Assembly (NCBI RefSeq): GCF_032062105.1
Contig: NW_026924102.1
Coordinates: 124,001-188,000, forward strand
Direction of reading: 5' to 3'
Source: Saccostrea cucullata
Lineage: Eukaryota
Length of the DNA: 64,000 nt
In this document: positions 9,401-18,856 of the stretch, piece by piece
Layout: each line of letters starts with the position of its first letter
Position numbering within the stretch: the stretch's first letter is position 1
Position numbers and translations under genes: made by a program
The notes under the pieces: model-generated
Database searches by the model: none
Seen by the model: only the letters and a program-made list of their open reading frames with translations
What the model was told of the DNA's origin: nothing

Positions 9401-10972
9401 TGTTACAAAGATCGAGACGCCCTACTGATCCCGAATTCGGAGCAGACGGCTTCGGAATTGTTTTCACTGACGCAGCACAAGGAACTTCAACTCCGTCAAC
9501 GGGGACTCAAAGTGGTCACCCTCTGGGAACACGAGTTTGACGCCATGTTAAAGACGGACGAGGAGGCCAAAGCGTTCGTCGACCGTTTAGAAGTGGTGGA
9601 CCGTCTCGATCCTCGGGACAGTCTGATGGGTGGGCGTACCAACGGATGCGTGCTCTACAAGCGAGCCACCAAGGACACGAAAATCAAATACGTGGACTTT
9701 ACCTCCCTGTACCCCTTTGTCAACAAGACGTGCCGTTACCCCGTCGGACACCCAGAGATCGTCACCCGGGATTTCGCCGACCTTTCGACCTATTTCGGAT
9801 TAGTCAAAGTCAAAGTCCTACCGCCCCGCGGTCTCTTTCATCCGGTCTTGGGTTACCGTACGGGAGGAAAATTGACCTTTCCTCTCTGTCGAACCTGCGT
9901 CGAACGGCAGCAACAGACCCCCTGTGTCTGCAACGAGGACCAAAGGGCTTTCACGGGAACGTATTGCACGCCAGAACTCTCAAAAGCCATCGAAAAAGGG
10001 TACGCGGTCTTGAAAATCTACGAGGTGTACCACTGGACGGAAACGACTCAGTACGACACGGCCACGAAGACCGGAGGCCTCTTTTCCTCCTACATCAACA
10101 TGTTTCTGAAAATAAAACAAGAGGCCAGTGGGCGACCGGCGTGGGTCAAGACCGAGTCGGATCTCGAAAGTTACATCAGGATGTACGAGGCCAAGGAAGG
10201 CATTCGCCTAGACCCCGACAAAATCCAAGTCAATGCGGGTCTAAGGAGTTTAGCCAAACTGTTATTGAATAGTTTTTGGGGGAAATTTGGTCAGCGCACG
10301 AATCTGACCAAGACCCAATTCCTTCACGACAGTCAGGCCCACTTCCTCTTCGGTCAAATGACCGATCCCACCGTACAGATTGTCGACTTTAACATCGTGG
10401 ATGACGAAAACCTCATGCTGTCCACCAAACGCGTTTCGGAAGAGATGTGTGCTCCGGGTCACACCAACGTGTTCCTGGCCTCTTTTACCACCTGCTGGGC
10501 CCGGCTCAAACTGTACGACTTACTAGATCAATTACAGACTCGGGTCCTTTATTGGGATACGGATTCCGTCATCTACGTGTCCAAGGCAGGGGAGTGGGAA
10601 CCTCCCACCGGAGACTACCTCGGAGAGCTCACCGACGAACTGGACGAAGGAGATTGGATCACGGAATTTGTCTGTAACGGTCCAAAAAACTACGCGTACC
10701 GGACGCATCAGGGAAAGCAGGTGTGCAAAGTGAAAGGCTTTTCTCTCAACTACGCCAACTCACAGATTCTCAACCTGGAAAGTATGAGAGACGCTATGTT
10801 TAATCGCGACGATCCGACGATGGGCATGTATCACACCACCAACGCCAAAAAGATCTGCCGGGAAAAGATTCATTCTGAGCTCTACAGTCAAGAAGAACTC
10901 AAACAATATTCGGCTGTCTACACTAAGAGAGTCGTGCAGAGTGACCTGACCACCCTTCCTTACGGATATTAA
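6428..10972 (+). CDS. Protein-primed family B DNA polymerase (pPolB) with N-terminal OTU-like domain, Zn-fingers, 3'-5' exonuclease and inserted VSR-like nuclease
   Basis: Motifs: DNKCLVRA...HFYPI (OTU-like); FADIE, HNLSYDG, YCRSDV (Exo I-III); LDGY...YEFHGCLYHGC (VSR-like); VDFTSLYP, KLLLNSFWGKFGQ, YWDTDS (Pol A-C). First ATG at 6428. Confidence 0.97.
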   Translation: MNDYSSGVCEQELFRDIQNMDWTPVTGDDLLYQASTSSGAHAESMDFKDIADSSFHGEESLLMEEDGLFSEITDTSFHGEDSLLCDIPVDPLSDSLAGQYGAGRKDDFDIRIIREKKLKKMGAVDLQYELTFHDDLFREKKKMIEVKNVLKDAFEEMLDRVKKDLRRGDLVRAAIHNDHLDLPVFVPCRPMEEMDAETMLESLMIVLNSHQDLPFDSSCRIDIGAIKYPRGGTGVKMSSVAKSIAEKRAIIKIRNTDNKCLVRATLVSLAHSCQIHITEFNNVKARHPTLTTGEILIFYHQCPLWYCRDLRKNHKGAQDSLTNQICETMNIVDDGPLSYLAIPPLEDFLNVNLYIISAKMGNAFSYISAHHDEERKKLFLLHDDTEGAEHFYPITTLAGFFCRSRFCSTCLKPYEKPYGHKCKHHCNVCFSDHCPVLQKRACPDCHQTCRSGACFIRHKNPMEGGTTPCDLRYRCPTCKKTFLRHELKPEDHRCGHYICKSCRQYVDPEHLCYARRHPSKENETSRRFIFADIEASQKDEIVQCEWGYAPRRLNDCTECRTEQDPCPSCRLCQHCLKSHCGKFKHTVVLAVCQTACENCENDDVTFDSTCASCGDRCSTCDKKDKKTKQYLSLPCPGRCGQRERVFQTLYDLGIWIFREHHKGFTVLFHNLSYDGQFLLQYLLSQSIRPSFIIYRGSKIQMFNITGLQIRVIDSFNFLPMALSKLPKAFQLESLAKGYFPHFFTCQANRNYVGPYPPAETYGPNAMSVDGRKEFFKWYDAKVTSGDLFDFQQEILKYCRSDVDILRRACLKFKNLLQEATGKEGGQTVDAFDSCTIASLCMDVFKSKFLMEDWRCLVQEDDEERWLEVRKFDGEAIVNDEGRWIPWNTLKQRNVVIVKEEFVKSPIARPPPKGYPSRIQYSRKSICWLELLRHRAQTSGRILDIQHALTGRGEYHLPGTRYSLDGYVSPSAEHPHGVAYEFHGCLYHGCPVCYKDRDALLIPNSEQTASELFSLTQHKELQLRQRGLKVVTLWEHEFDAMLKTDEEAKAFVDRLEVVDRLDPRDSLMGGRTNGCVLYKRATKDTKIKYVDFTSLYPFVNKTCRYPVGHPEIVTRDFADLSTYFGLVKVKVLPPRGLFHPVLGYRTGGKLTFPLCRTCVERQQQTPCVCNEDQRAFTGTYCTPELSKAIEKGYAVLKIYEVYHWTETTQYDTATKTGGLFSSYINMFLKIKQEASGRPAWVKTESDLESYIRMYEAKEGIRLDPDKIQVNAGLRSLAKLLLNSFWGKFGQRTNLTKTQFLHDSQAHFLFGQMTDPTVQIVDFNIVDDENLMLSTKRVSEEMCAPGHTNVFLASFTTCWARLKLYDLLDQLQTRVLYWDTDSVIYVSKAGEWEPPTGDYLGELTDELDEGDWITEFVCNGPKNYAYRTHQGKQVCKVKGFSLNYANSQILNLESMRDAMFNRDDPTMGMYHTTNAKKICREKIHSELYSQEELKQYSAVYTKRVVQSDLTTLPYGY

Positions 10973-11004
10973 CAACAAGACATTTTTTTTGTATGAAATC
11001 ATTT

Positions 11005-11064
11005 TTTATTGGCTCATGGTACATGTTTTTGTAATTCTTGTACAGAAATATAAATGTCAATAAA
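11005..11064. terminator. Convergent polyadenylation signals for pPolB (+) and the minus-strand structural block
   Basis: AATAAA at 11059-11064 on + and at 11010-11005 on -. Confidence 0.6.
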
Positions 11065-11196
11065 AGTTCCAAAAATCTCGAGTCTTTCTTCTTCTTTGTG
11101 AGAGTTGTGCATATGCTCAGAAGGTACTTCCGGTCGTATTCACTCGGACGGTCTGTTGCCTGAAAGATGATCACGTATGTTTTCGTATAAAATGTT

Positions 11197-11445
11197 TCAA
11201 AACTTGATCCAAGTCTTGTTCTTCTTTGGGAGAGTCGTGCGCATGCCCGGTGGGGACTTCCTCTTCACGGATCCGTCGTAAATCAGTCCCGAACCCCTCT
11301 GGCGATCCGTCACCGAGGGTTCGATCTGAGGGTCGGAAGGAGTCTCGGTGTTCGTTTCTTGGTCTCGTACCTCTTGACGATCATTCTGACTTTGTTTCAT
11401 CCGATCGAAGGTCGTCTTTTTCACGAGAACGTATTCCTCTGCCAT
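11197..11445 (-). CDS. Small Polinton ORF (82 aa), positionally PZ-like; contains a QRGSG motif
   Basis: ATG in good context, overlaps the upstream ORF, N-terminus MAEEYVLVKK and C-terminus WIKF resemble PZ-type termini as recalled. Confidence 0.6.
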   Translation of the reverse strand: MAEEYVLVKKTTFDRMKQSQNDRQEVRDQETNTETPSDPQIEPSVTDRQRGSGLIYDGSVKRKSPPGMRTTLPKKNKTWIKF

Positions 11446-11740
11446 CTTTGAAATGAGGTTTCAGAATCAGGGGTATGGCCTCTGCGTGTTTCCTCAATAA
11501 TTTCTTGATGGCGGTGTTGTCCACTGCTCGGTCACTGAGAGACTGAAGTAATGTTTTATGAACCTTGAGTTTTGTCTTGTAATAACCGGACACGGGGGGA
11601 TGTCCCGAGTACAGATTGAGAGCGATTTCTCGAAAAGCATTCAACTGCTCGTCCGACGCCAGGTTGACCAGTTCTTTCCTCTGTACGGGATCCGCTTCGT
11701 ACAGGAAACGGAGAAAAGTTGCGTGACGTCTAGGTCTCAT
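11381..11740 (-). CDS. Conserved Polinton PW-like (putative core) protein, 119 aa
   Basis: Pattern L..L...QRKELV..A...QL.AF.E.ALN.Y.G..P......L..HK..L..L. Start MRPRR at 11740 is preceded by a TATA-like element and Inr. Confidence 0.75.
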   Translation of the reverse strand: MRPRRHATFLRFLYEADPVQRKELVNLASDEQLNAFREIALNLYSGHPPVSGYYKTKLKVHKTLLQSLSDRAVDNTAIKKLLRKHAEAIPLILKPHFKDGRGIRSREKDDLRSDETKSE

Positions 11741-11778
11741 GACGAACAATGACGTCTCGAATGGGTCGGCGGTCGTAT

Positions 11779-12417
11779 TTATTGGGGCAGGTACACGACC
11801 GTTTCCCCTTCTTCCGGTAAGACGTTCGTGCGCAGGCGTCGATCTTCGGGACAGTGATTGGTCAGATCCACCAGAATGTATCCGTAAGGACGGCGGACGG
11901 CCTTGGCGTAGGCGTCCATCCAAAATTTAGAACGACCCGTAAACACCTGACTTCCGAAGGTGATGATCTGGCGATTGTCTCTCACGTTCTTGAATAGAAC
12001 CACGTGTTGACAGTTCAACAGGATGCTCTTGGCGTAGACTCCGGGCGGGTAGAGGTTCTGAGACAAGAGAAATGCCGTCACGTTGCCGTGAGACACCATG
12101 GTCTGAAACAGGTGCAGGGCATCGGGGCTCTTGGTCGCCAGGTGAATCATGTCGTCCAAGACCACTACCGTGTGTGGCGAGTCCAGACACCAATCTCGGA
12201 TCTCTTCTCGGGTAGGCAATCCTCGGTAGGTGGTGAAATCGGGGAGAGTCGCTTGCATGTCGTCCACCACGGGTTGGTCTTCCAGATAACAGTACACGAT
12301 CTTACTAGGAGAGACTTCGAACGTGTCGGGACTTTTCAACAGGTTCCACACCCAGTGCGTCTTGCCGCACATGGTTCCCCCCACGACGGCAAACGAGGTC
12401 GGAGTCTTAAATTTCAT
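11779..12417 (-). CDS. A32/FtsK-like genome packaging ATPase
   Basis: Walker A GGTMCGKT, Walker B VVVLDD, LSQNLY and PYGYILVD motifs. Confidence 0.95.
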   Translation of the reverse strand: MKFKTPTSFAVVGGTMCGKTHWVWNLLKSPDTFEVSPSKIVYCYLEDQPVVDDMQATLPDFTTYRGLPTREEIRDWCLDSPHTVVVLDDMIHLATKSPDALHLFQTMVSHGNVTAFLLSQNLYPPGVYAKSILLNCQHVVLFKNVRDNRQIITFGSQVFTGRSKFWMDAYAKAVRRPYGYILVDLTNHCPEDRRLRTNVLPEEGETVVYLPQ

Positions 12418-12550
12418 CGTGACGTTCTCTTGGTAAAGGCTGTCAGAGACTAACGTCTCTCTAGAGAAAACACCTCGTTAAATAATCACAACACCTTTTT
12501 TTTGCGTGCACTTTTTTTATTAGACACGAAAATCAATGACATGAACCACA

Positions 12551-12610
12551 TTTTCCCGGGCCGCCGCCGCGCGCGCGAACCCGAGGGATCCGGAAACTGG
12601 TTTCCGGAAA
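12551..12610. promoter_or_regulatory. GC-rich upstream element of the ATPase gene with palindrome TCCGGAAAC-TG-GTTTCCGGA
   Basis: GC island in an AT-rich spacer; inverted repeat at 12589-12608 with ETS-like CCGGAA cores; E2F-like TTCGCGC on the minus strand. Confidence 0.5.
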
Positions 12611-12736
12611 TCTTTGATGATGGACAATGCGAATACCAATCCATAAAATAAAAGATACAATGTGCATTCTTAGGATCATACATACATACAGAATAAACAT
12701 TTTTTTTTATATTTAAGAGTCTTCAAGCATATAATG

Positions 12737-13183
12737 TCAAAGAAGGCGATCTCCCTTTAAAATAACGTCACGTACGAGGGACTCTGACGTCGTACGAATC
12801 ACATCGGCCATGGATAGTCCTTTCACTCGACAATACAGGTAAAATAAGGCATGAAGTCCGCAACTGGTGGCAGCATCCGGCTGTACTTGTACGTTGTTGT
12901 AGAGGCAGAACAAGGCGTTGCGATCGATAAAGTCTCTCAGACGACCGTCGTACTCTCCCGGCAATCTTCCGAAACTGTCGAAAAATTCGCATTGGTCGGC
13001 ACTGGCGAACCAGTAAGCGACCCAGTGCGTCCCCTTCTTGTCGATGGGATCCGTGTTGCAGACGAAGGCCGAGGGAAACTGTCGAACTCGCCCGGGTAGC
13101 GTATCGGAAGCAAACACCCCCCGAAAATGAAGTTTCAACCCCGGCAACGTCTCTACTCGTTGAAGTAACTGTAACGTGTCCAT
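12737..13183 (-). CDS. Adenain-like (C5) cysteine maturation protease
   Basis: GVFASD, NTD, GTHWVA (His), EFFDSFG (Asp), VQ...SCG (Gln/Cys). Confidence 0.95.
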   Translation of the reverse strand: MDTLQLLQRVETLPGLKLHFRGVFASDTLPGRVRQFPSAFVCNTDPIDKKGTHWVAYWFASADQCEFFDSFGRLPGEYDGRLRDFIDRNALFCLYNNVQVQPDAATSCGLHALFYLYCRVKGLSMADVIRTTSESLVRDVILKGDRLL

Positions 13184-13185
13184 GT

Positions 13186-14499
13186 TTACATCTGTCGGAT
13201 CTCTCGAGCTTGGTCGACGAGGAGCAGTCCTGGATATTCGCAGAAGGCCAGTGCGCTCACGGTCTCCGTGGTGGGCGAGGCAAATCGAGCGTATACTCCG
13301 ACGTTTGCCTGATGTACCAGGTTTATATACCCCTCACCCAGGTCGTTGGGGTCGAGGTCAAAGGCGTAAATGGCGTAGCCTTTAGAAAACTGGTCGCGGT
13401 CGATGATCAGGCCGTCGTCCTTGTACCATTTTTCGGAAGCTTGATACAGGTTGCAGAGCGCCGTGACGTAATTTCGATCGTCGCCAAAGTCCATCTTCAT
13501 GGGACGGACGGGGGTGGGTTCTCCGTTGACGGTCACGACGATTTCGGACAGATTCAGGTGTTGAAAGTTGTAAGGATTGCCTTCGTAGCTTCCGTTCACG
13601 GCCGACTGTTTCACAAAGACCACGTACATCTTGGAAGGTCTTCTTCCGTTCCACACGTCGTCCCAGTAGACTTCACTGGTCTTGTCCGAGATGGTCATCA
13701 TCTTGACGTCGGTCTTGAGATAATTGTAACGGGCCGGCGATTTGGTGATGGCGTTGGCATGGTTCAACAGGACGGCACTGTCTAATCGGATCTTGCACGC
13801 CTTGAAGACGGCATCGAGGATGGTGACTTTGTAACTGGGCGAAGCCTCCGCGCTCATCAGCACAAACTCGTTCCTCGAACGAAAGAGTCTCAGCTGTAAG
13901 TCGACCCCGTTGATCAGGTACTTGTCCAGGTAGAAACAGTCGACGTACAGGGGACCTTCCAGATCGAAAGTTCTGGACATTTGCGTGAACACGTACCGTC
14001 CTCGGAGTCCCTGGTTGCGTCCTGTGGCGGCATCTGCGTCATCCAAGACTTCCTTGTCGGGGTAATACAGCTGAGACTGTAGTTGCGAGTTGCTGGCGGC
14101 GGGTGAGTTGGATAAGAGGACTTTGAGGTAGGCTTTCCAAGGATAATTGTTGGCGTTCTGCGAGACGCATTTTCCGTTCATGTAGACGTCGATCTGCGAA
14201 AACAAAGACTGCAACGGCAAGTTGACGATACCCGTCTTTTCGGAGGCCGCCAGTGCCGTGCCGTCCGCTTTAGTGATCTTGGCTTTCAAGTAGAGTCGGC
14301 TCCTTCTCAAGTCGATGTATTCGTTTCCCCCTCCCGGAATGGCAAATTCGAGAGGAGCGGTGTCTCCGTCAAAGGAGGAGACGGGTCGAATCTCCGAAAA
14401 ATAAATCTTTTGAACAGCCACCTGATTGGGAGGATCGCTAAAGAGAGCCAGTTCGGAGGGTTCTGCCACGGACGTGTTGATCTCGCTCAAAAATGCCAT
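13186..14499 (-). CDS. Double jelly-roll major capsid protein (PY/hexon-like)
   Basis: 437 aa; SELALF.DPP.Q, PLEF.IPG...[28 protein letters not shown] motifs typical of Polinton MCP. Confidence 0.93.
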   Translation of the reverse strand: MAFLSEINTSVAEPSELALFSDPPNQVAVQKIYFSEIRPVSSFDGDTAPLEFAIPGGGNEYIDLRRSRLYLKAKITKADGTALAASEKTGIVNLPLQSLFSQIDVYMNGKCVSQNANNYPWKAYLKVLLSNSPAASNSQLQSQLYYPDKEVLDDADAATGRNQGLRGRYVFTQMSRTFDLEGPLYVDCFYLDKYLINGVDLQLRLFRSRNEFVLMSAEASPSYKVTILDAVFKACKIRLDSAVLLNHANAITKSPARYNYLKTDVKMMTISDKTSEVYWDDVWNGRRPSKMYVVFVKQSAVNGSYEGNPYNFQHLNLSEIVVTVNGEPTPVRPMKMDFGDDRNYVTALCNLYQASEKWYKDDGLIIDRDQFSKGYAIYAFDLDPNDLGEGYINLVHQANVGVYARFASPTTETVSALAFCEYPGLLLVDQAREIRQM

Positions 14500-14501
14500 G
14501 A

Positions 14502-14957
14502 TTAAAAGATGGTTTTCTTTGGAAGACGGGATTTTCTCTGCGTGGTTTTTGTGGTTTTGGGTTTCCTTTTCTTTAGGCTTCTGGCTCGTTTACGGACTTT
14601 CGTCTTCTGGCTCCGGACACGTCCTTTCCCTTTGGAGGTCGATGTGCGACTGACAGATTTCTTCTTCTTTTTTCTTTTTATAGTTCTCTTCAGAGGTATG
14701 TGAGGCTCGTCGTTACGCATGGTTTCTTTCAGATCGGACAGGGCTCGCTCTTGCTCGGCGGCTACGGGTGTCACCAGCTGTACGTTCTGTTGGGGAATGC
14801 GAGATTTCAAGGGAAGCATGTAAGCTCTTCTGCGGTTTAGGATCCCACCTCCTCTCTGGCTGTTGCGTCGTAGGGTAGGAATGAAATTTTCGCCATCTTC
14901 CGTGTGGCGAAATTGTTCCCATAAGGCCGGATTCGAAATGTAAGTGGGTCCAGACAT
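14502..14957 (-). CDS. Basic core/DNA-condensing protein (adenovirus pVII/pX-like by analogy)
   Basis: QRGGG motif, [11 protein letters not shown] motif, K/R-rich C-terminal half, located between penton and MCP. Confidence 0.75.
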   Translation of the reverse strand: MSGPTYISNPALWEQFRHTEDGENFIPTLRRNSQRGGGILNRRRAYMLPLKSRIPQQNVQLVTPVAAEQERALSDLKETMRNDEPHIPLKRTIKRKKKKKSVSRTSTSKGKGRVRSQKTKVRKRARSLKKRKPKTTKTTQRKSRLPKKTIF

Positions 14958-14963
14958 GTTGGA

Positions 14964-15371
14964 TCAGAGACGCCGAAACACGAGTGTCAACGTCGACTCT
15001 CCGACCAAGAATGAAACGTCGCCGTCGTTTTTGTCTCTTATATACACGTGAACGTCCCGCAGGTCATTGATGCGTAACGGTATGCGATAGGGTTGCAGAA
15101 AGATGACGTTGCGGTCGCTTTCCAGCACGATGCGCCTCAGGAGGGGTTTCTGATGTTCCCCGACGATGCTATCGTCACAGACGGAACAGTAGACGAAGAT
15201 TTCCTTGTCGGACGTCGGTTTGACGTTCGAGTTCCAAAATTCGGTCAGTTCCACCGTCCAATCCCCCGTCAAGGGTAAAGGACGGGGTAACCGCACTCTA
15301 AAGTCGTCAGGTCGATTGTTGTGGTGGACGGAGGGACTGTCCGTAGACTTGAGAACCATTCGCATCGACAT
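14964..15371 (-). CDS. Minor capsid protein/penton (PX), short single jelly-roll
   Basis: L.S.DS...H.NN.P.DF.V.LP.PL.L.G.W.V.L.E, FVYCSVC..SIVG....PLLR, I.I.D..G..V.F..G. Confidence 0.88.
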   Translation of the reverse strand: MSMRMVLKSTDSPSVHHNNRPDDFRVRLPRPLPLTGDWTVELTEFWNSNVKPTSDKEIFVYCSVCDDSIVGEHQKPLLRRIVLESDRNVIFLQPYRIPLRINDLRDVHVYIRDKNDGDVSFLVGESTLTLVFRRL

Positions 15372-15401
15372 CTTCTCTAGTACTGATGAATTGAGTCGGC
15401 A

Positions 15402-16526
15402 TCACGTCTCTTTTATGTCGGACTGAGGAATCCAGCTGTCGAATTTTTTGGGCCAGCCCAGCCATCTGACCAGAACCTCTTCTTTCCCGCGAACTTTGCG
15501 TTTCCGCAAGATCTTGTCTATTCGCCAGACGGTCTCATCGTCTTTCGACACTTTCTGAAGTTCGCTGGCGTAAAACGTTCCTCGAATTGGGTCGTCCATC
15601 ATGTCCTTCAATTTGTAGATGGGTATGTCTTGAGACACGAAACGATCACTCACGATGAAGATTTCTTCCGTGTACGTCTGGTCGTAATCGCGTTGAAACG
15701 CCCGTTTCAGATGCGTGATTCGAACTTGATCACCCTTTTTAAATCTGAAGGGTTTGCGTTTTTTCAGAGATTTCTTCCCTCGGGGTATGCGTGCGTCTTT
15801 CTGTCGACGTGCTAAATAAGCATCTAATCGCACTTCTTCTTCGTTCTCTTGGGTCACGGAAGACGGCGTCCGTCCGTTCAGCGAGCGATTGGGCGTATCG
15901 TTGATGGAATGCACCACGTCTTGAAGAATGTTTAGGTACTTGTATTTCTGAAGGTGGGTGAAGTAACGATACAGTCTCTTCTTTAAAGTCTGTATGTATC
16001 GCTCCGCAAAATTGGCTTTGGTCTCGTTCAGGGCGTAAAATATCTTGATGTTCTGCTCTCTCAGGTATTTTTGAAGGTATCGATTGTAAAATTCCGAGCC
16101 CTTGTCGGTGCGGATGGCTCTGGGTCGTCTAGGGCCACTCAGTACGTCTTTGAACGCATCGATGACGGACTTGGATTTCCGGTCTTTCAAGGGTCGAACC
16201 CACAGAAAACGAGAAAACACGTCCACGATCACCAGCAGAAATTTGATGCCGTCGTTGTACTCGGACAAGTTCTGAACATCGGCCAGATCGGCTTCCCATT
16301 GATAGTCGATCCCTTGAACCACGACTCGTCTCCGCTTGAAACCACGTCGCCTCAGTTTCTTTTGCAACGAGTAAGCATCTTGGTTTTGTAAGAATTTTTT
16401 GATTTTTCTCAAACCAATATTATATTTGCCTTCTCGTTTCACCACATCATATAACTTGGAAGGTCCGGCAAACGATCCGGCATGCCGAGGATCGTACCAG
16501 ATTTTTTTCAGGTACTCTTCCATCAT
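15402..16526 (-). CDS. Retroviral-like DDE integrase (rve) with C-terminal chromodomain
   Basis: EADLAD, RTDKGSEF, AERYI triad; WRIDKIL...LVRWLGWPKKFDSWIP chromodomain. The ORF track start at 16553 is TTG; the first ATG is 16526. Confidence 0.96.
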   Translation of the reverse strand: MMEEYLKKIWYDPRHAGSFAGPSKLYDVVKREGKYNIGLRKIKKFLQNQDAYSLQKKLRRRGFKRRRVVVQGIDYQWEADLADVQNLSEYNDGIKFLLVIVDVFSRFLWVRPLKDRKSKSVIDAFKDVLSGPRRPRAIRTDKGSEFYNRYLQKYLREQNIKIFYALNETKANFAERYIQTLKKRLYRYFTHLQKYKYLNILQDVVHSINDTPNRSLNGRTPSSVTQENEEEVRLDAYLARRQKDARIPRGKKSLKKRKPFRFKKGDQVRITHLKRAFQRDYDQTYTEEIFIVSDRFVSQDIPIYKLKDMMDDPIRGTFYASELQKVSKDDETVWRIDKILRKRKVRGKEEVLVRWLGWPKKFDSWIPQSDIKET

Positions 16527-16840
16527 CCGATCACTAGCACTGTTCGAATGCAAATGACTTGAACCCGTTTCACACCTCCATTTTTATATTTATAAAAAGA
16601 CCTCTCCTAGTCATAAAAAAATAAACAACACACATTTCAACAAACCAAATTTTATTCATCAGATCAAATACAAACAATAGTCTCCTCTCACTACTTCGGT
16701 CGACCTTGTCCATACGGATCGGAGCACCTGACGTGTCCTAGATCGGTCGGTTCGGATTCTCGAAGGAGACGTGGGTGAATGGTCTCATGATTTTTTTTTG
16801 GTCTTTGAAAAAAAAGCCACAGTTCATAGTTTTCGTTCAC

Positions 16841-17308
16841 TCATCGTACTTTTCCATCGGTCACCATGTTAGCGAAGACACAATTCTCGGACCAGCGGAG
16901 ATGTTCTCTGTAGGCATCGTCGAAGGGTTCCCAATTCTTCAGAGTCCAGCCACAGGAGAAGCAAGTGACTTTGTCTCCGATCTCGGTGTAAATGAACCCA
17001 GATCGTGCTAGATCCGTCTTGTTGGGACCTTTGAGAAACTTGGGCCATTCTTTAAAGCTGGCATAGCGTTCGGCAAAGTTGACGTATTCCGGGTACTTCC
17101 AAGATTTTCGTACGACAGGCGGAGGAATGTTCTCGACTGGCAGTCGTACAAACTCGTTTGATGTCCCCCGTACCCCCGACGACTTGTAAGGGCTGACCAG
17201 AACGAATCGGGTGTCGGGGTCTCTCTTTCGAGCAGTGGTTTGGGTCAAGAGGTTGGGTGCACTGTCCGTCTCCACGACATTAGGCATGCAATCCAACGTC
17301 GAAGTCAT
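16841..17308 (-). CDS. Single-BIR inhibitor-of-apoptosis-like protein (no RING)
   Basis: R.ASF..WP, LARSGF.Y...GDKVTCFSC...L..W...DD...EH..W...C. Confidence 0.93.
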   Translation of the reverse strand: MTSTLDCMPNVVETDSAPNLLTQTTARKRDPDTRFVLVSPYKSSGVRGTSNEFVRLPVENIPPPVVRKSWKYPEYVNFAERYASFKEWPKFLKGPNKTDLARSGFIYTEIGDKVTCFSCGWTLKNWEPFDDAYREHLRWSENCVFANMVTDGKVR

Positions 17309-17390
17309 GTTATCGTGACGATGTGTTCACTAGTAATGAAAGCCGAGAATGAGAGACGAGACATTAAAGGGTCTTGATCACGTGCTTGAC

Positions 17391-17422
17391 GGGAAAAACC
17401 TGTGACGTCATAGGTTTTTCCC
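17391..17422. promoter_or_regulatory. 32-bp palindrome: Rel/Dorsal-like kB site, CRE, kB site
   Basis: GGGAAAAACC-TG-TGACGTCA-TA-GGTTTTTCCC, one mismatch from perfect dyad, in the divergent promoter between BIR and the 17728 ORF. Confidence 0.7.
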
Positions 17423-17727
17423 CGATGTGATGGACCATGAAGGTACTCGGGAGAATTTCATTGTGACACAAAGGGGGGAAAGAACAATGGGAGTATTATC
17501 TCTATTGTTTGAGCAAGGGGGTAACAACAATGACGGATCATCACGGATGAGTCCCTTCGTGACCCTTAGACGACCTTTCCCACGATTCAATGGGAGTCAA
17601 ACACAATGACTCTATTCTTGGAACAATAAAGGGGACGCTGTGACTGCGCATAACGTCCTAGGTGGCAATGTTAAAAAGCAGAGGTTTCCATCAGAAAGAT
17701 CATACCTCCTCTAGCATACGGACCAGA

Positions 17728-18183
17728 ATGATTTCCAACAAGAAATATCAACTCGAAATGATAGATGATTCAGGCTTTCATCTATTCATGAAAAAGGGTG
17801 CAGCTGTCAAACAACTGATTGACCACCATATTGCCAACGACATGAGTACAGAATCCTGTGATTTCTGTAAAAAACAGCACGTTCTCAGAAGTAAGCTCGT
17901 CCATGAGAAACACTGTCTTGTCCGATTAGCTTTGGAAGCGCAATCGGACGTTACAAAAATGACCACATTCTGTTTGCGAGCACAGGATATCCAAGACGAA
18001 TCGCACGGAAAGAACCTGGTGTTTTTCTGGGATATCATGATGGTCACTATGGCCGACCGTATTCCCTTCGAGGACATGAGAGCTGCTTATTACGAATCCC
18101 TTTTTGAAAGTTACGACCGCGGAGAAATGGAATTCCTGTGGCCAGACGGAGTCTGGCGTAAAGAAGACCCATGTTACACTTAA
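17728..18183 (+). CDS. Hypothetical protein with CxxC...H...C putative Zn-binding motif
   Basis: Clean ORF with CDFCKKQH...HEKHC; TATA-like TTAAAAAG upstream; AATAAA at 18249. Confidence 0.65.
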   Translation: MISNKKYQLEMIDDSGFHLFMKKGAAVKQLIDHHIANDMSTESCDFCKKQHVLRSKLVHEKHCLVRLALEAQSDVTKMTTFCLRAQDIQDESHGKNLVFFWDIMMVTMADRIPFEDMRAAYYESLFESYDRGEMEFLWPDGVWRKEDPCYT

Positions 18184-18343
18184 CTTTTAATCAATGAAAA
18201 AGAACAGTTTTTCATGAAACCATGTTTTTATTCTGGTTACATGTCAACAATAAATTTTTTAACCTCTTATTTTTCGTTGTCTTTTTTTTAAACATTAGAT
18301 TCAACACAACATGGATTAAAAAAAAAAACAAAACTTTTGCTCA

Positions 18344-18856
18344 TCAAGTACGAGGTACGACGATAATGACATTTTTACCGGATCTCTTTACAAAGTTTTT
18401 GATCAGTCCGAAATAAACACTCCAATCTCCCCCGGCAAGTCCACATCCTATCTTGAATGGAAAGGCTATGGTTTGAAAATGAGTATCTGTCAGTTCTTGC
18501 AGACACTGTTGAAACCATACAACTCTGTTTTCTTTCGTGTCCACAAATGGCGGGATCTTTCGTTTACAGTTGTTTTGACAACGACCGAAATCCCATTGCG
18601 ACAGGAAACAGACGATTGCAGGACACTCTGGTGTCGTAAAAATGCGTACAGTACCTGGCCTCCCCCTCGTTTCCAAAGTGGCCAAGTTACGCTTTGCCAC
18701 GGGTTGTCTTTGTTGGTAAATATCGGCCCAAGGATACTTGAGGGCGATTTGACGTGAAAGGCCATGGGATGTCACCGTTAAACAATTTACCTGGTGACAG
18801 ATGGCGTCCACCTCGCTGATCGTTAAGAGATTTCCGTAGACTTGTCGTATACTCAT
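18344..18856 (-). CDS. Macro domain protein (Poa1p/TARG1-like ADP-ribose processing)
   Basis: GNLL....DAICHQVNC....HGLS.QI..KYP and IAFP.KIGCGLAGGDW motifs. Confidence 0.9.
   Translation of the reverse strand: MSIRQVYGNLLTISEVDAICHQVNCLTVTSHGLSRQIALKYPWADIYQQRQPVAKRNLATLETRGRPGTVRIFTTPECPAIVCFLSQWDFGRCQNNCKRKIPPFVDTKENRVVWFQQCLQELTDTHFQTIAFPFKIGCGLAGGDWSVYFGLIKNFVKRSGKNVIIVVPRT

Noticed and set aside
8016-10677. Long alternative-frame ORFs overlapping pPolB (319, 155, 208 aa)
   Set aside because: Low-complexity S/R/P-rich shadows expected from GC3-biased codons; no motifs
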